Source of the DNA: Lama glama
Lineage: Eukaryota
NCBI GenBank assembly: GCA_028534125.1
Contig: CM052818.1
Location: 10,666,001-10,730,000, forward strand
Direction: 5' to 3'
Length of the DNA: 64,000 nucleotides
Shown: in pieces, positions 38,921-51,487 of the stretch
How the letters are laid out: each line of letters opens with the position of its first letter
Position numbering within the stretch: position 1 is the stretch's first letter
Notes under the pieces: model-generated
The model's input: the letters and a program-made list of their open reading frames with translations, nothing else
Database searches by the model: none
Told to the model about the DNA's origin: nothing
Program-made: the position numbers and the translations under genes

Positions 38921-41189
38921 AAAAGCAAGTAAGTGAAACTCCGGAAAGTCAAGTTGCCAGCAAGGAGCCCAGGCATATATCCTAAGGATCCTTTGATGTC
39001 CTTGTTACAACTGCACCCAAAACTCTGTAATTCTCCTGTTCTTAATTTTGCTCATTCACTCCTAAGCCCCTTGAACGTGGTCTGCTCTGTAAGAGCGAAT
39101 CAGTGGTGAAAGATCTCAGAAAGAATGGCGGGAGGTCAACAAAGACATTCTGTAATGTGCACTGCAAATATGAAGTGCCAGAAAGATGCTAATGAATGGT
39201 CACGCGTGTCCACCCATTAGCGGCCGGCACGACAGGCCAAGGATAACAGGAAGAGAGGCTGCGTTTTGAACACACAAAGTTCTGTCCTATCCATCTGGCC
39301 TCATGCATGCCACCATGGGAGGCTCTGGCTCAGCCCTCATCATTCACCCAAACAACTCCCTTTCCTTCTCTGTCTGGGTCTGCACGCTGCCCTTTGAGTG
39401 AAAAAGATTTCCCTGAAACCTTTCGGTGCTGTCAACAACAGCGGCAACGGAAGTTTGGCTTGAAAAATTCATCCAAGGAATGAAAAAAATACAGTGGGAA
39501 TCTATCATTATGGATGTTTGGGAGAGAGGGAGAGACAGAGGGAAAAAAAAAAGACCTGTGCATTGTTTCGCATTTTGGTAAGAAATGATATATAGCTACA
39601 TAGTGAAAACAGTTTTATTAAAAAGATCCTCTCACCCTGAATTCCAAATATGAATTGTACCCTCTTATCATCCAGTCACTTTAGAATGAAAGTTAAAAAT
39701 GCTGATACTGTGGAACTAGCCCTTGGTATTATATCTCATAGCTGATATATTTGTCTAATACTTTGGTTTTTGAAGGCCCATTACTCAGGACCAGTGTGCA
39801 GGGCTGTTCATTTTAATCCTCTCTGGTTAGTGAAAGCAGAAATGCTAGGAAGAGCTTATAGATAAGATTTCTTTCCCTGCCTTTGTGTGCAAGTGGGTAG
39901 TGGGGTATAAACCAGATGGTGAAACAAAAGGGTTTTGACCTCAGATCTGTGGGCTTTTGTTTAGGGAAACCTTGCTAAAAGGTAGGATTCTGTGTTGGTC
40001 AGAAGGAATCCTTCCTCTTGCAGAGAGGAAAATGTTAACATCCCCCAAAAAGTTCAGACACACATAACTGAGAGTTCAGAGACTTGGCACACTTATGGTT
40101 AGCCATAGAGCAGATGGAGGATTTCATCATGTTTATTCTGTCCTGTTAAAGGGTTCCTCTTTTTCTATTGAAGCAATATATGGAGGACCATTCTGGAGGC
40201 TTGGGCCTCCTGTGCTGTCCGGTGCTGTGAAACATAGGACAGTTGTGGAGTTTTTACTCAATGGTTCCTTCTGGGCTCCAAGAATGGTTCAAGGAGAGGG
40301 TGGCTAAATGACCTACATTAAGCTGTTTAACAGGGCTAATACTTGTTTGGTTTACACAAAGCTGTCCAGCAATTATATCGATGCTTGACAGTGTTATCAT
40401 CATTATTTATTTTGCTATAAGCTAGATTTATAGCATTTGTAATACTAAGCATAAGAAACATTAATAGCTTTACTAATTATATCACTACTTTGCAGATACA
40501 AATAGTGATAAAAATGCCAAGTAAAGTGAACTAGTAAAACATTTTTAAGAGAATTTTAAAATCAGTTGCTGACTGACGATGTCTTTAGTCAGCCTTGGGG
40601 TTTGAATGGAGAAGAGAGCCTTCTTGTTAGATTTGAGTCTTGTTTTCCTGCCTGTTCATAATGAATGGATAATAACTTAACTTAACAAGCCTTAACTTGA
40701 CTGTAGTCAACTGAACCATGTATTTAATGTAGGGCCAGCAAACTATTTTGTTTTGGATCAGAGGGAAATGAAAATCCAGTTGTGGAGAAGGGAGGAAAGA
40801 GAGAGAGAGAGAGAAAGAAATGATTCCACGTGATGTGGGGGACTAAAGAGAACAGAGTAACTAACTTTGTGCATCTCCCCATTCTGGTTATTGATTTTGC
40901 CTTGTGTTCTCCAGAAAATACCTTCTTATAAATGAGGATATTGAGTGAAGAAAAAGAGTTAATAAATCCACTGCCTTTGTCACAATTGCCAATAGAAGTC
41001 TATAAGCAGTTTAAGTGCTGGACAAGTAAAAAGACCTAACTGGGAATGGAGGACGTGGTGGATAAGGATGGGTAGGTGGCATGTCTGGTCTGTGAACTGA
41101 AATAGTGGATAGCAACCTTCAACTCTCAGAATTCCTGTCGACCACTTGGCAGGTCATCTCCAAGAATGCCTACTCAGTCTGGAGCAGAA

Positions 41190-41340
41190 GATTCCTGCTT
41201 TTGTAAATAAAGTTTTACTGGAATGTAGCCATACCCATTCATTTAAGTATTATCTATGGCTGCTTTTGTGTTACTACACAGAGTTGAGTAATTGCAACAG
41301 AGACCTTATGTTCCACAAAGATGGAACTTATTTACTATTT
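41190..41340. mobile_element. MER58A-like fragment
   Basis: 'cctgcttttgtaaataaagttttactggaatgtagccatacccattcattta...cagagttgagtaattgcaacagagacc'. Confidence 0.85.
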
Positions 41341-42084
41341 GTTTATTTTTTTAAAATGGGATTGCTCCAAAGTGCCTATTTTTAAAATTATTTTTCACTG
41401 AGATTCAATGTACATCTGTTTCAGAAATTTTCACATGCCCAGTGCTATCTGAGCATCAGAAGACTGAGATAGGGGTTGGGGGGAGGGTGTGTGAAAGACA
41501 GCCCTTCTGTTTGTGCAAAACAAGAATATGACCCTTCAAGAAGGGGCCTTAGGTTGCATTAGATAATTCTGATTTTAAATGTCTAATCTTAAAGCTATAA
41601 CTCAGGGATAAAAGAGTGTGAGTATTTTTATTTGTGGATTGTGGTGGGTCTTATTGCATTTCTCCGTCTTCTTAGAGCTAGCCAAGAGGTTCACAGTAGA
41701 GAATAACTCACCTAAGCCAACTTGAATGAATTCTCCACCACCAGCACCCGAAGGAAATTCCTACCATGAAAACTCATTTTAGTAGGAGAGGTCTCTATTT
41801 TTGAAATGTTTTGACCTGATTTAGAGGCTAGATATAAATAAAAAGGAGGGAGCTATATACTCACTGAACTTACGATAAAATACTTAAGAGCTCATACATA
41901 CTGGATGTAATCAACAATATTTGCAAAGTAGACATTGTACTTCTGTTGCTTTCATTTTCCTCTTAACTGTTCTTGGGTTTTCGATCACACCTGATCTCAT
42001 TGTTGCCTCTGTAGAATTCTATGCCCTGCAAAGTCTAGCTGAATTCTACCACTTTCATGACTAGTCCTTAACCAGCTCAGCTGA

Positions 42085-42310
42085 GGAATGGAAAACCCTT
42101 GGGCTTTGCCATCAGACAGATACACCTGCACTCACATTCCAGCTCATTCATGGCTGAGGGGCCGTGGACGGTACTCATTTCCTTTGAGTTTCCAGTTCCT
42201 TATTTGTAAACAGGTAACAAACTCAAGTTTCAGAGTTGTTGAGACGATTAAGTGGAATGATGCATGTAAAGTGGTTGGCAGACAATAGGCTTTAAATGAA
42301 TGGTAAGAAT
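42085..42310 (+). mobile_element. MIR SINE
   Basis: 'cagttccttatttgtaaacagg...gagttgttgagacgattaagtggaatgatgcatgtaaagtg'. Confidence 0.75.
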
Positions 42311-42416
42311 AAATATTAATTTTTTTAGGTGGAAGGTTTCTGTTTTAAATGACAGCAATTGCTTGCACCAATTGACACTTTCTGTATACCGTCCTACATT
42401 TTTAGCTTATCTTTTC

Positions 42417-42420
<4 letters not shown>

Positions 42421-42456
<36 letters not shown>
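42421..42456 (+). repeat. (AT)18 microsatellite
   Basis: Perfect AT run is directly visible. Confidence 0.97.
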
Positions 42457-42458
<2 letters not shown>

Positions 42459-42989
42459 CCGCTACCTAATTGAATTTTGAGCTTTTAAGAGTAGACATTG
42501 CATTTGTCTAATCTGCTTAAGTGTATTGCAAATAGTAGGTACTTAATAAGTACCTGGATTGATTCTGGGTCTTTGATATATTGGGGGAATGTGGGGGGAA
42601 ATCTGGGCAAAGAGACAGTATGTATTTTCACAAGTTTACTAGATTGTTCAAGAGACTGTGATGGTGAGGGAGTAGAGAGTGCTGCCTTGCAGAAGTGGGG
42701 TGAAATATCTGGGCATCAACATTTACAAAATGGGAGCAATATATGGACTAGAGATAGTTTTGAAATGTGTAGTTCTACTAGGAGTGTGAATCTCTGGTCT
42801 TTTTCCTGTCCACAGCCCCATGAAAATACTGCTTTCCCATACAACACTGAGATTAGACTATCAGTGGGGATAGCTTACTTAAATTAACTATTCCTTCAGT
42901 AGGGAAGATAGCACTAAATTAATTTAAAAAAAAAACTATCATCTTTAGATTCCTGTTCTCATCTAAGAATGTATCAACATTGTAGTAAG

Positions 42990-43700
42990 CATTTTTTGAG
43001 ATATATTTTACATATAATAAAATTCACTTATTTAGGTATACAGTTCTATGAATTTTGACAAACTTCTGTAATGTAAAACCTTTATCACATTAAGATATAG
43101 AGTATTTCCATAATTCCAGAAATTTTCTCATGCTCCTTTGTAGCCAGTTTTTCTCTCCCCATCCCTGTTTCTGAAAATCTCTGATCTTATTATTGGCCCT
43201 GTAATTTTGCCCTTTTGAGAATGAATCACACAGTATGTGTCCTTTTGAGTCTGGCTCCTTTCACTTAGCAAAATACTTTTGAGTTTCATCTATATTGTTT
43301 CTTGTAGTAGTACTCATTCCTTTTTACTGTTGAGAATTCCACTGTATGAACATATTGTGATTTATTTATCCATCATCACTTAATGGACATTTGGGTGGTT
43401 TCTAGCTTTTAATGATTGTAAATGAAAGTGCTCTAAATATTTGCACTTAGGTTTATGTATATTCATGTATGAAGACATGGGTGTGAATTCCCTTGGGTGA
43501 GGGATCACTGGGGCATATGGTAAGTATATGTTTAACTTCATATTTTATAATTGAGCAATTGTAATAGGTGTGTAATAGTACCTCATAGTTTTAATTTGCA
43601 TTTTCCTAATGGCTAATGATGTTGAGCAACTTATGTGTTTCATGGCCACCCGTATATCTTCTTTGTGATGTCTCTGTTTAAATTATTTGCCTATTTTCTT
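42990..43700 (-). mobile_element. LINE-1 3' region (L1MB-like)
   Basis: 'tttttgagatatatttacatataataaaattcac...tctggctcctttcacttagca...atggacatttgggtggtttc...ttaatttgcattttcctaatggctaatgatgttgagca'. Confidence 0.88.
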
Positions 43701-43989
43701 CTTCCTTCTCCTCCTCCTCCTCATTCTTCTTCTTCGAGGGAGAGTGTTATTTGTGTCTGCAATAGGCATTTTTAATTGTACTGTATTTTTGCTAATCAAC
43801 ACACACCATTTCATAACAGGAAGCCACAGTGAGTCAGTCAATCCTCCATCACCTTGGAAATTGCTTTCGGTATCTCACGTGTGTAAACTTTATTAGAAGC
43901 GAATTACCTAAATGTCCAGAGTGAATAAAGTGCCAAGATTTTCTTTTAGCTTCGTGATGGTATGTCCTGCATGAATTTAGCTCTTCACC

Positions 43990-44457
43990 TATTGTCTCAC
44001 GCCTCATCTCCCCTTCAACTCCATGCTTCCTCCTCATCCTTGTCCCCTCCTTGCTGATGGGGCACATGCCAAACACACTCTTGCTTCAGGGCCTTTGACC
44101 TAGGACTCCCTTTATCCGGTGAAGTCTTTCCCCTTGGAGCTGCATGGCTCTCTCCCTCACTTCCTTCAATTGTCTAAATAAGTGTCACCTTACCGGGTAG
44201 GCCTTCTCTGACCGGCCTAGGTAAAATACATCTACTTCCTCCACATCCTCCTCCTTACATTTCTTTGCAGTGCATATCACTACCTCTGTATGCTATATTT
44301 TATTCACTTATTTGTTTACTGTCTATCTCCTCCCACTGAAATGTAAGTTCCGTGAAAGCAGGAACATGACCCGATTTGTTTCTCTGCCAGATTTGACAGC
44401 CTGGAAAATTGCCAAGAATATAAGAGACTTTCAATAAATTGTAGGTGGAATGAATAA
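43990..44457 (+). mobile_element. LINE-2 (L2a-like) 3' end
   Basis: 'cttcagggcctttg', 'gctctctccctcacttccttca', 'aatgtaagttccgtgaaagcagg', 'tcaataaatt..gaatgaat'. Confidence 0.82.
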
Positions 44458-46135
44458 GCCTTAAGGATAGCAGTGAGAAAAATGCTAATTAGCTGAGTTT
44501 TTAGACAGGCCTGCACATCATATCAGACCTGATCTGCCCCCAGTACTTAAAACTTTATTAAGATATTTCACATTTGGCCCAAATGAACTCCTAAACCGAG
44601 CGTCCTTGGAACCTCTAACATTTCCGAGTAGATGCAATGGTCCTTTTCAAAGCAGACCTAAGAGGGCAGCAAAGAGGGCAATGACTATCTTTGTTTGAGG
44701 CCCACTGCCTGATTTCTTTTGTCTCTACCTGGTTTATTGACATACAAAGCAGAAACAAGCTCCGTGAGTCTGAAGATTCTCAGGCACATTCTGTGTTTGA
44801 GCTCAGACTCTCCTGTCTGGGGTTGCTCCAGGCTTATTTTTTCTTGCCCTTGCTTTCTCCTGTTGCCCACACAGACAGGATGTTTAATTGCTTGCTTTTC
44901 CCTAGAGTTCCTCTGAGTAGACCTGAGGAGCCATGAGTAAAGGTGGTTTTCCATCATGCAGTCAGTGGGCTATCCTTGAATTACAGGTCTCCAGGGTTAG
45001 GACCTTTAAGAAGTTTCTCTTCTCTCATGGGGCTTAGATCATAATGGAGTTGAGGGTGAGTTCTCCGTACTTCTCTATGCTTCTCAGTGTTTGTGCTCAT
45101 AAACTGTTTTCCATACCTGCTTCAAATCTGGAGACCCTCCTGAATGTGGATATGGTAGAACCCACTCTGGATTGGGACTAATTGGAGAGAATAGGAAAAC
45201 TCTGAGGAATAATAATCAACTTACCAACCAATCAAATGAATGAAAAAATTCCACCAAACTGCTTTTGAAATGAAGACTATTTTATAAGTACCCCCAAAAT
45301 GGCAGAAAGTAGTTGCTAGAAATGTAATGTTTCTCTTATTTATTTGATACAGATATTCAGATTTTCCCATATATTTTCAGCTCAGAAGTTTTGGAAGAAA
45401 ATGACAATCTAACCTCCATAAATAAGATGCAAAACAATTTTGGGGCCTTTTTATTGTCAAGACTTCATAAAAAGGAGAGGGTGTTATAAAGAGCATAGAG
45501 ACACCATCTGAAGCATCTCCCTTGGCTGAGTTCCTTTGCATAGTGTAGCCTTGCAGATTCTGGTTTTCAGAAATCTTTTAAGCTTAGCATGTTTCAGAAC
45601 TGATCTTTGTCTTCTTAGTGATCTTGAGCAAAATTATGAAAATCTTCCCAAATCCAGATTTTATAACACAAGAAATACTGACAGTGATGCTTCAGGAGGT
45701 TAATGATGGTCTAATTATCTTGCACCAATAAGGAAAAAGAGTCAGCCTTTTGGCAAGATTGTGTCAGAACTAGTCAGATAATATAGATATTTCTACCTCC
45801 ATGCATTTTCTAAAGGGGGATATTGCTGCTTTAATTAAATGTTATATGAATACATTTCAAATAGATCCAAACACAGGGCAAACTCTGTTTCAGAACTGCT
45901 GTTCCTACATTTAAAATGTATTTGAAATGTAATTAAAAAAAAAGATAATGTGAAAGAAAAACTAAAATAATTCGAAACGAGCAGAATATAGTAGCTCATC
46001 ATTACACTAATATATCAAACAATGTGATCTTAGCTTAATTATCCCCTTTGAGAGTTGAGAAAACTAAGCCCAACCTTCAATTTACAGCTGTTTGGTGCCT
46101 GGAACCTGAATTATTATTGAAGAAGGGGGGAAAAG

Positions 46136-46368
46136 TTTATTTATTGTGACCTCCACTCAGTTTTTATTCATCGTGGAAAATCTGTATATTCACAAATGAG
46201 GGCTATTCATCCTTAGACCACAGCATTCTTCAGCTGTCCGGGCCTACATCAACTGCACATCTCCAGCTTTTGTGTTCCTCTCGAAGGCTCTTCATCCAGA
46301 TTGTTCATCATCTTGATGGTCGAGCTTTATCTTGCTTTTGTGCAGCTGCATTCCGCTTATCCAAAGTG
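46136..46368 (-). other. Candidate 3'-terminal exon (non-coding, or with a short coding tail)
   Basis: A long polypyrimidine tract and CAG acceptor at 46369-46371, with three AATAAA on the minus strand (46163-68, 46140-45, 46136-41). No transcript evidence. Confidence 0.35.
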
Positions 46369-48004
46369 CTGAGGGAGACGGGGAGAGGGAGAGAGAAAAG
46401 AGCGAGTGAGCGAGCGGGAGAGAGTGAGTAGGAGAGAACGGGAGCACAGAAAGGAGGAAAAGCAATGGCCGGTGCACATATGAGGATAATTTGTAGTTTC
46501 TCAATAATAATATAAAAAAAAAAGGAGGACAGGCTAATTACTGGCTTAACTAGGGCAGCCTGTGGATCTTCATGTCAAAAGGACGGCCGTAATTATTTGC
46601 CATCAAAGCACATTCATATTGTGGCACAAAAGAAGGGCCTTTTGCAAATGGATCTTGCTAATAAACAGGGCTGAGAGGAGCATTATGTGTCTCCCTGGTT
46701 GCAGGCACATTAACACAGTGACATGGAGCATAACTCGGGGCCTGAGGAACAAAACACCAGAATGATAATTATCCCCCTCCCCTCCTCAGCCTCCCTCGCC
46801 TTTCCCTTTGTGTTGGACGAGGAAGCTGAACATGACCTATTGGAGGGCCCAAGGCAGGCTATTAGTGACCCCTGAGCCCTGACAAGGTGCCTGTGTTCTT
46901 TTAAAAGCCTGCTTCTTGATGTCAGGAGGGTCACGTGGACCAGCCAGCTCAGCTCGAAATGGTCCAGCAAACACTTCAACCTTAAAGACACCTGGAAGGT
47001 CATGACCAATTTAATGCAGATGAAGACAGCAGAGACAAGGCTCTGTTGAATCCTGGTACTGAAGTTTCCCTCTCACTCTCTTTTCTTCATCTTTGTCCAC
47101 ACTTGCTCATGTATTTAAGTCCTCAGAACTAAAGCTGTCTCTCTTACTGTTATTAAATGAAAGGGGAAAAAGTTCTCTCTCTCTTACTGTTATTAAATGA
47201 AGAGTCTTAGAGGAGAAAAAAAGGTAGATGCAAATTCAGCCCCATGGATTAACCCTTTTTCTGGCAGATGTAAACACACTGACTTCCCATAGGTAGGGGT
47301 CACTCAGGGGAGCAGGGGGCTGCCTCTCTCCCTCCTTGCAAGGCAGGTGGCGAGGGGCTCATCAGCAATGGAAAGTCACCTTGAGCTGGGCCTGTCTGAC
47401 GCTGGCCATCGCTGGAGCTACAGATCATCTCTGAAGGCTCTGGGCTTGTTCTGGTTTCACACAGAGCAGTTGACGTTAAAGAAAAGGGCCAGTAATCAGC
47501 TTGGGAAAATGTACCTGAGACCCTTAAGATTGGAGCCTCTGTTCCCTTTCCTTCCTCTTCCCTTTCCCTCTTGCGGCTTTTCTGAAATGGAGTGGGCATG
47601 CCAAAACCCAGCCTGTGGGGGGAGGTATTCTATTTCACACGCACCAGAAGTAAAGCAGATCTCTGTAAGTCTTATTTAACAGCAGGGAAATTAAGGGTGA
47701 CAATTTGCCCTGCAAAACGATTCTTGCTTCACAAATGTGGACTTTCCTGAGCATTTAAATATTTAATTATGTGAAGGGTTGGAGGCTGATGAACTTCAAG
47801 TTAGAATATTATGAGCCATTTCAAACAGAGGATCTACTAGGAATGACTTAGGAATGTTGAAAGATACGTATTTGTGGGAAAATAGGATTAAGTGTTTTTA
47901 GGATTTGATTTAATGGCTCAAAAGTGTGCCCTCTGTTTGAAGCAGATTTAGGGACATACCACATTCTTAGGATGGTAAGTCTCCCAATAATCAATCAATT
48001 AATT

Positions 48005-48115
48005 TCTCCCTTTTCTTGCCTCCCTCCCTCCCTCCCTCCCTTTCACTCTTCCTTCCTTCCTGCCTTCCTTCCATCCTTCCATCCTTCTGCCTCTCTCCCC
48101 CCGCTCCCCCTTCTG
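48005..48115 (+). repeat. (CCTT/CCCT)n pyrimidine-rich simple repeat
   Basis: 'cctccctccctccctccctccc...ccttccttcctgccttccttcc'. Confidence 0.85.
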
Positions 48116-48239
48116 TCTAAATAATCTTGACATAAAGGAATTGGAGTAGTGACATACTAATTATACACATAAATTTTCCAAACTGTTAAGAGTGGTCAAG
48201 CAAAAAAAAAAAAAAAAGAAACACATTATTCCTTATTTT

Positions 48240-49170
48240 ATTTCTAGCCTGGTCCTCTTCCTCTGGAACTTCAAACTCTTATATCCAACTGCTGACAAGG
48301 CCTCCACATACTAGTAGACATCTCTTATTCAGCATGTCCAAAATGGAGCTTTTGACCTGCCTCCCCCACCTCCAGTTGCTTTATTCAAAGTTTTCCTAAT
48401 ATCAGTGGCAACATATAGCCTTCCAGGGCTTAAGGCAGAAACCTGGTAATCATCCTTGTCTCTTCTCTTTCTCTTACCACATCCAATCTGTCAGGAAATG
48501 CTGTTGGCTCTACCTTCAGAATACGTTCAGAACTAGCCACAACTCGGTCACGTCCATTGACACCTTGATCTGAGCCACCATCACCTCTTGCCTCCACTGT
48601 TTCACTAGCATCCTAACAGGTCTCCTGCCTCCTTCCATTCACTCCTAACTTGGCAGCCAGAATGGACCTTTTAAACTGTGGTCGGTCATGTCAAAAGTTT
48701 GTGATAGATGCTCATGATGCTCTCATTTTATCTCCTACTTTTCCTTCCCTTGATCATTCTGCTCCAACCACAGTGCCCCCTAATTTCTCTGTAAACGCAT
48801 AGCAAGCATGCTCCCATCTTAGCTCACTCAGCTTCCTCACCTCTAAGTCATTTTTCAGCGCTTGCTTTCTCAGTGAAGTCTAAGTGCCCTGTTTAAGCCT
48901 GCAACTGCCTACTACCCCACTTAATCCCCCATGCCCCTGATGCATTTTTCATTTTTTCAAACTTGTTGAACATACTATGTAATTTATGTTTTATTTATTC
49001 AGTTATTCTTTTTGCTGTTCACTTTTGTCTCATGAGCTTTAACAGGATAAGGACCTGCGGTTTTTTTTTTTTTTTTTTGGCACTGATGTACCCCTAAGTA
49101 CCTAGAATAGTGTCTGGAATAGTAAATGCTCAATAAATATTTGTGTCATGAATATTGAATGAATGAATTG
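48240..49170 (+). mobile_element. LINE-2 (L2a-like) 3' region
   Basis: 'atatccaactgc', 'acatccaatctgtcagga', 'gccaccatcacctcttgcct', 'ctcaataaatatttg...gaatgaatgaat'. Confidence 0.85.
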
Positions 49171-49839
49171 TAAAGTTTAGGAAAATGGAGACCTAGACTA
49201 ATGATTTAAAACAATGCCCAAACACCAGAAATGTTCAGAAGAAAGGACAAAGCTTGCCATGATAAAATAGATCTAGACTGCAAATGCAGGTCACAAGATC
49301 ACTGCACAGTCAGACCTACCATACTTTACTTATTTCAAACATGTTAGTTTTATTTATACAGCACCTGTCCTCCTCCCCTACTGCCCACCAGCAAACAAAA
49401 AGCATAATAAAATAGCAAGGGGTATTTTTCTTTGTTTTTTCCTACATAACCACAAATATTTGAGGATTTTCTTTTTTTTTTTTTGAGGTAGGGACAGTTT
49501 TCCTGCCCTCACTGTCAAAGCTAATCAGTTATTGTGGAATTGTAACGACGAAGGAGGCTGCTTTAGAATCTCCTGCTTCCTCTCAGCACTGGAAACATTA
49601 AGCACTGGGAGCTAGAAAGATAGAATAGATCAGGTTCAAATATGTGTGTCTTGCCCACCTCAAGCCACTGCCTTCGTGGTATCTATTTCCCCCCAGAGCC
49701 TGATGGGCAGGTCTCTCAGTTCTACAGAGCAAACCAGTGGCAGTTCAGCTGCTAACTCTTAATTCCCAGGCCTGGGCTCAGGTTAGTCATCTATCTGTCC
49801 CCATCCCTCTCTACTGCCATCTTCGCCTCTATCTCCATA

Positions 49840-50277
49840 CAGGTATCACCTGCTTTTCCAAAGTTTGCTGTATACGACTTCACTTTTACAAAAGACCAAC
49901 CGACATTAGTACCTGTTTTCACTAGCCAAAAGGTATCCGAAGAGAATGTTTGCTTTTATGAGAAAAGGCAAAAAGCGGTAATAGCCTTCGGCGTTTGCAG
50001 TGAGCCATTGTAGAGGCAGCGCGCACCCTGAGCAGCAGCAGCAAGAGTGGCACCGCCAACCTCCTTCCCCAGGAACCACTCTCTCAGTTTCTCAGCATCC
50101 AGACGCCATGGCTTTAAACTGTGTCTGGGAGCATCTGTGCATTGTGTTGATTTATTTCGTGCTTCCGTTAGCAAGATGTGTCCTAAGGTAATTGCTTCTT
50201 TACTTTCCGTCATTTCGGCTTACGAAAGGTTTCATAGGAACGCTCTCCTTTCGAATAGAGGGGAACATTTCTATCTG
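49840..50277. mobile_element. TcMar-Tigger non-autonomous DNA transposon with TA target duplication
   Basis: TA|CAGGTATCACCTGCTTTTCCAAAG ... CTTTCGAATAGAGGGGAAC..ATCTG|TA gives imperfect TIRs flanked by TA (49838-39, 50278-79). It resembles cetartiodactyl Tigger MITEs. Confidence 0.78.
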
Positions 50278-51487
50278 TATCTTAATCTAAGGTTGGAGAA
50301 GGTTTTGAGAGAGAGTATGAGAATAAAGATGACTATGCTTAATCAGAATAAAGCAGTTTGTTACTCATCCCAGGGTGCTTCTAGGACAAAAGAAGAGGGC
50401 TGGGGATGGGGAAACATAATTAGATCAGGGTGCCATTCTGGGCAGGTACTCTTCCTTTGGGTTGAATCCCCATGGTGGTCCTGGAAGTGTGGCCTGAATT
50501 TTCCTGGTTCCCAAATCAGAACTGTTTCTTTCAAGCATTGGCAAGTCACTCAGCCTTCAACACTGAACAAGTAAAGCAGGGTGAGAATTGTTTTTATCTC
50601 AGAAGACCTAGGGTCATGAATGCCCCAGAACAGAGCACAAAGGCAGCACGGCCCCCAGGATGTGACTACCAGCACGAGACCTGGAGCCATCAGGGGCAAA
50701 CCTCCGTGTGGCACAGAGAAGCCTTTGGAAATGCTGAAATTCTTACTTTAACTTTAAAAAGTAGAGAGGGGAGCCTGATATTCTCTCATGATTTCCCCTT
50801 TCAGTGTGTGGAAAAATCATACCAAGCAATGCGCGGGTGGGACACATGTGGGTGTCCTACACAATGTAACTCAGTCCTGATACTGCCTACCTGGAGTTAG
50901 CATCTGATCCCACAGGCTAAGGGCTCAGTCCCATCAGACTGCCCTCACTTCAGACACCGATCACAGGTCTAGGTTGTTACCCATTCTCCTGACCAACTGG
51001 CTATAAATCAGAGGTTCCCACGACCCCTTCCTTGTGTTTAAATAATCTGTGAGAGCGGCTCACAGAACTCAGAGAAACATTTGCTTAGGTTTACCAGTTT
51101 ATTATAAAGGATGTTATAAACGATAGGGAAGAATACCCAGATAAAGAGGTACAAGGGTGAGGTCCTGAAGTTTCCCCAGCGCAGGGGCTTCTGTCCCCAT
51201 GAACCGGTTTGGGCCACCCTCCTGGCATGGGGATGCTTTCATCAACCGGGAAGCTAATCCAGTCTCGTAGGTTGAAGGGTTTTTCAAAGAGCTTTCATCT
51301 CTAGCTCCCCTTTCCCTTCCCAGAGATCAGTGCATGGGGCTGAAAGTTCCAACCCTCTAATCACTGGGTCTCTGCTGACCGACCTATATCCTGAGGCTAC
51401 CCAGGGGCTCGCCCTAAGTCACTTCATTAGCATAAACTCAGGTGTGCTCAAAAGAAGCACCTTATGAGTAACCAGGGACCCTCTTAT

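Noticed and set aside
50047..50574. 175-aa ORF
   Set aside because: It begins inside a non-autonomous Tigger element and crosses its boundary. No transposase motif.
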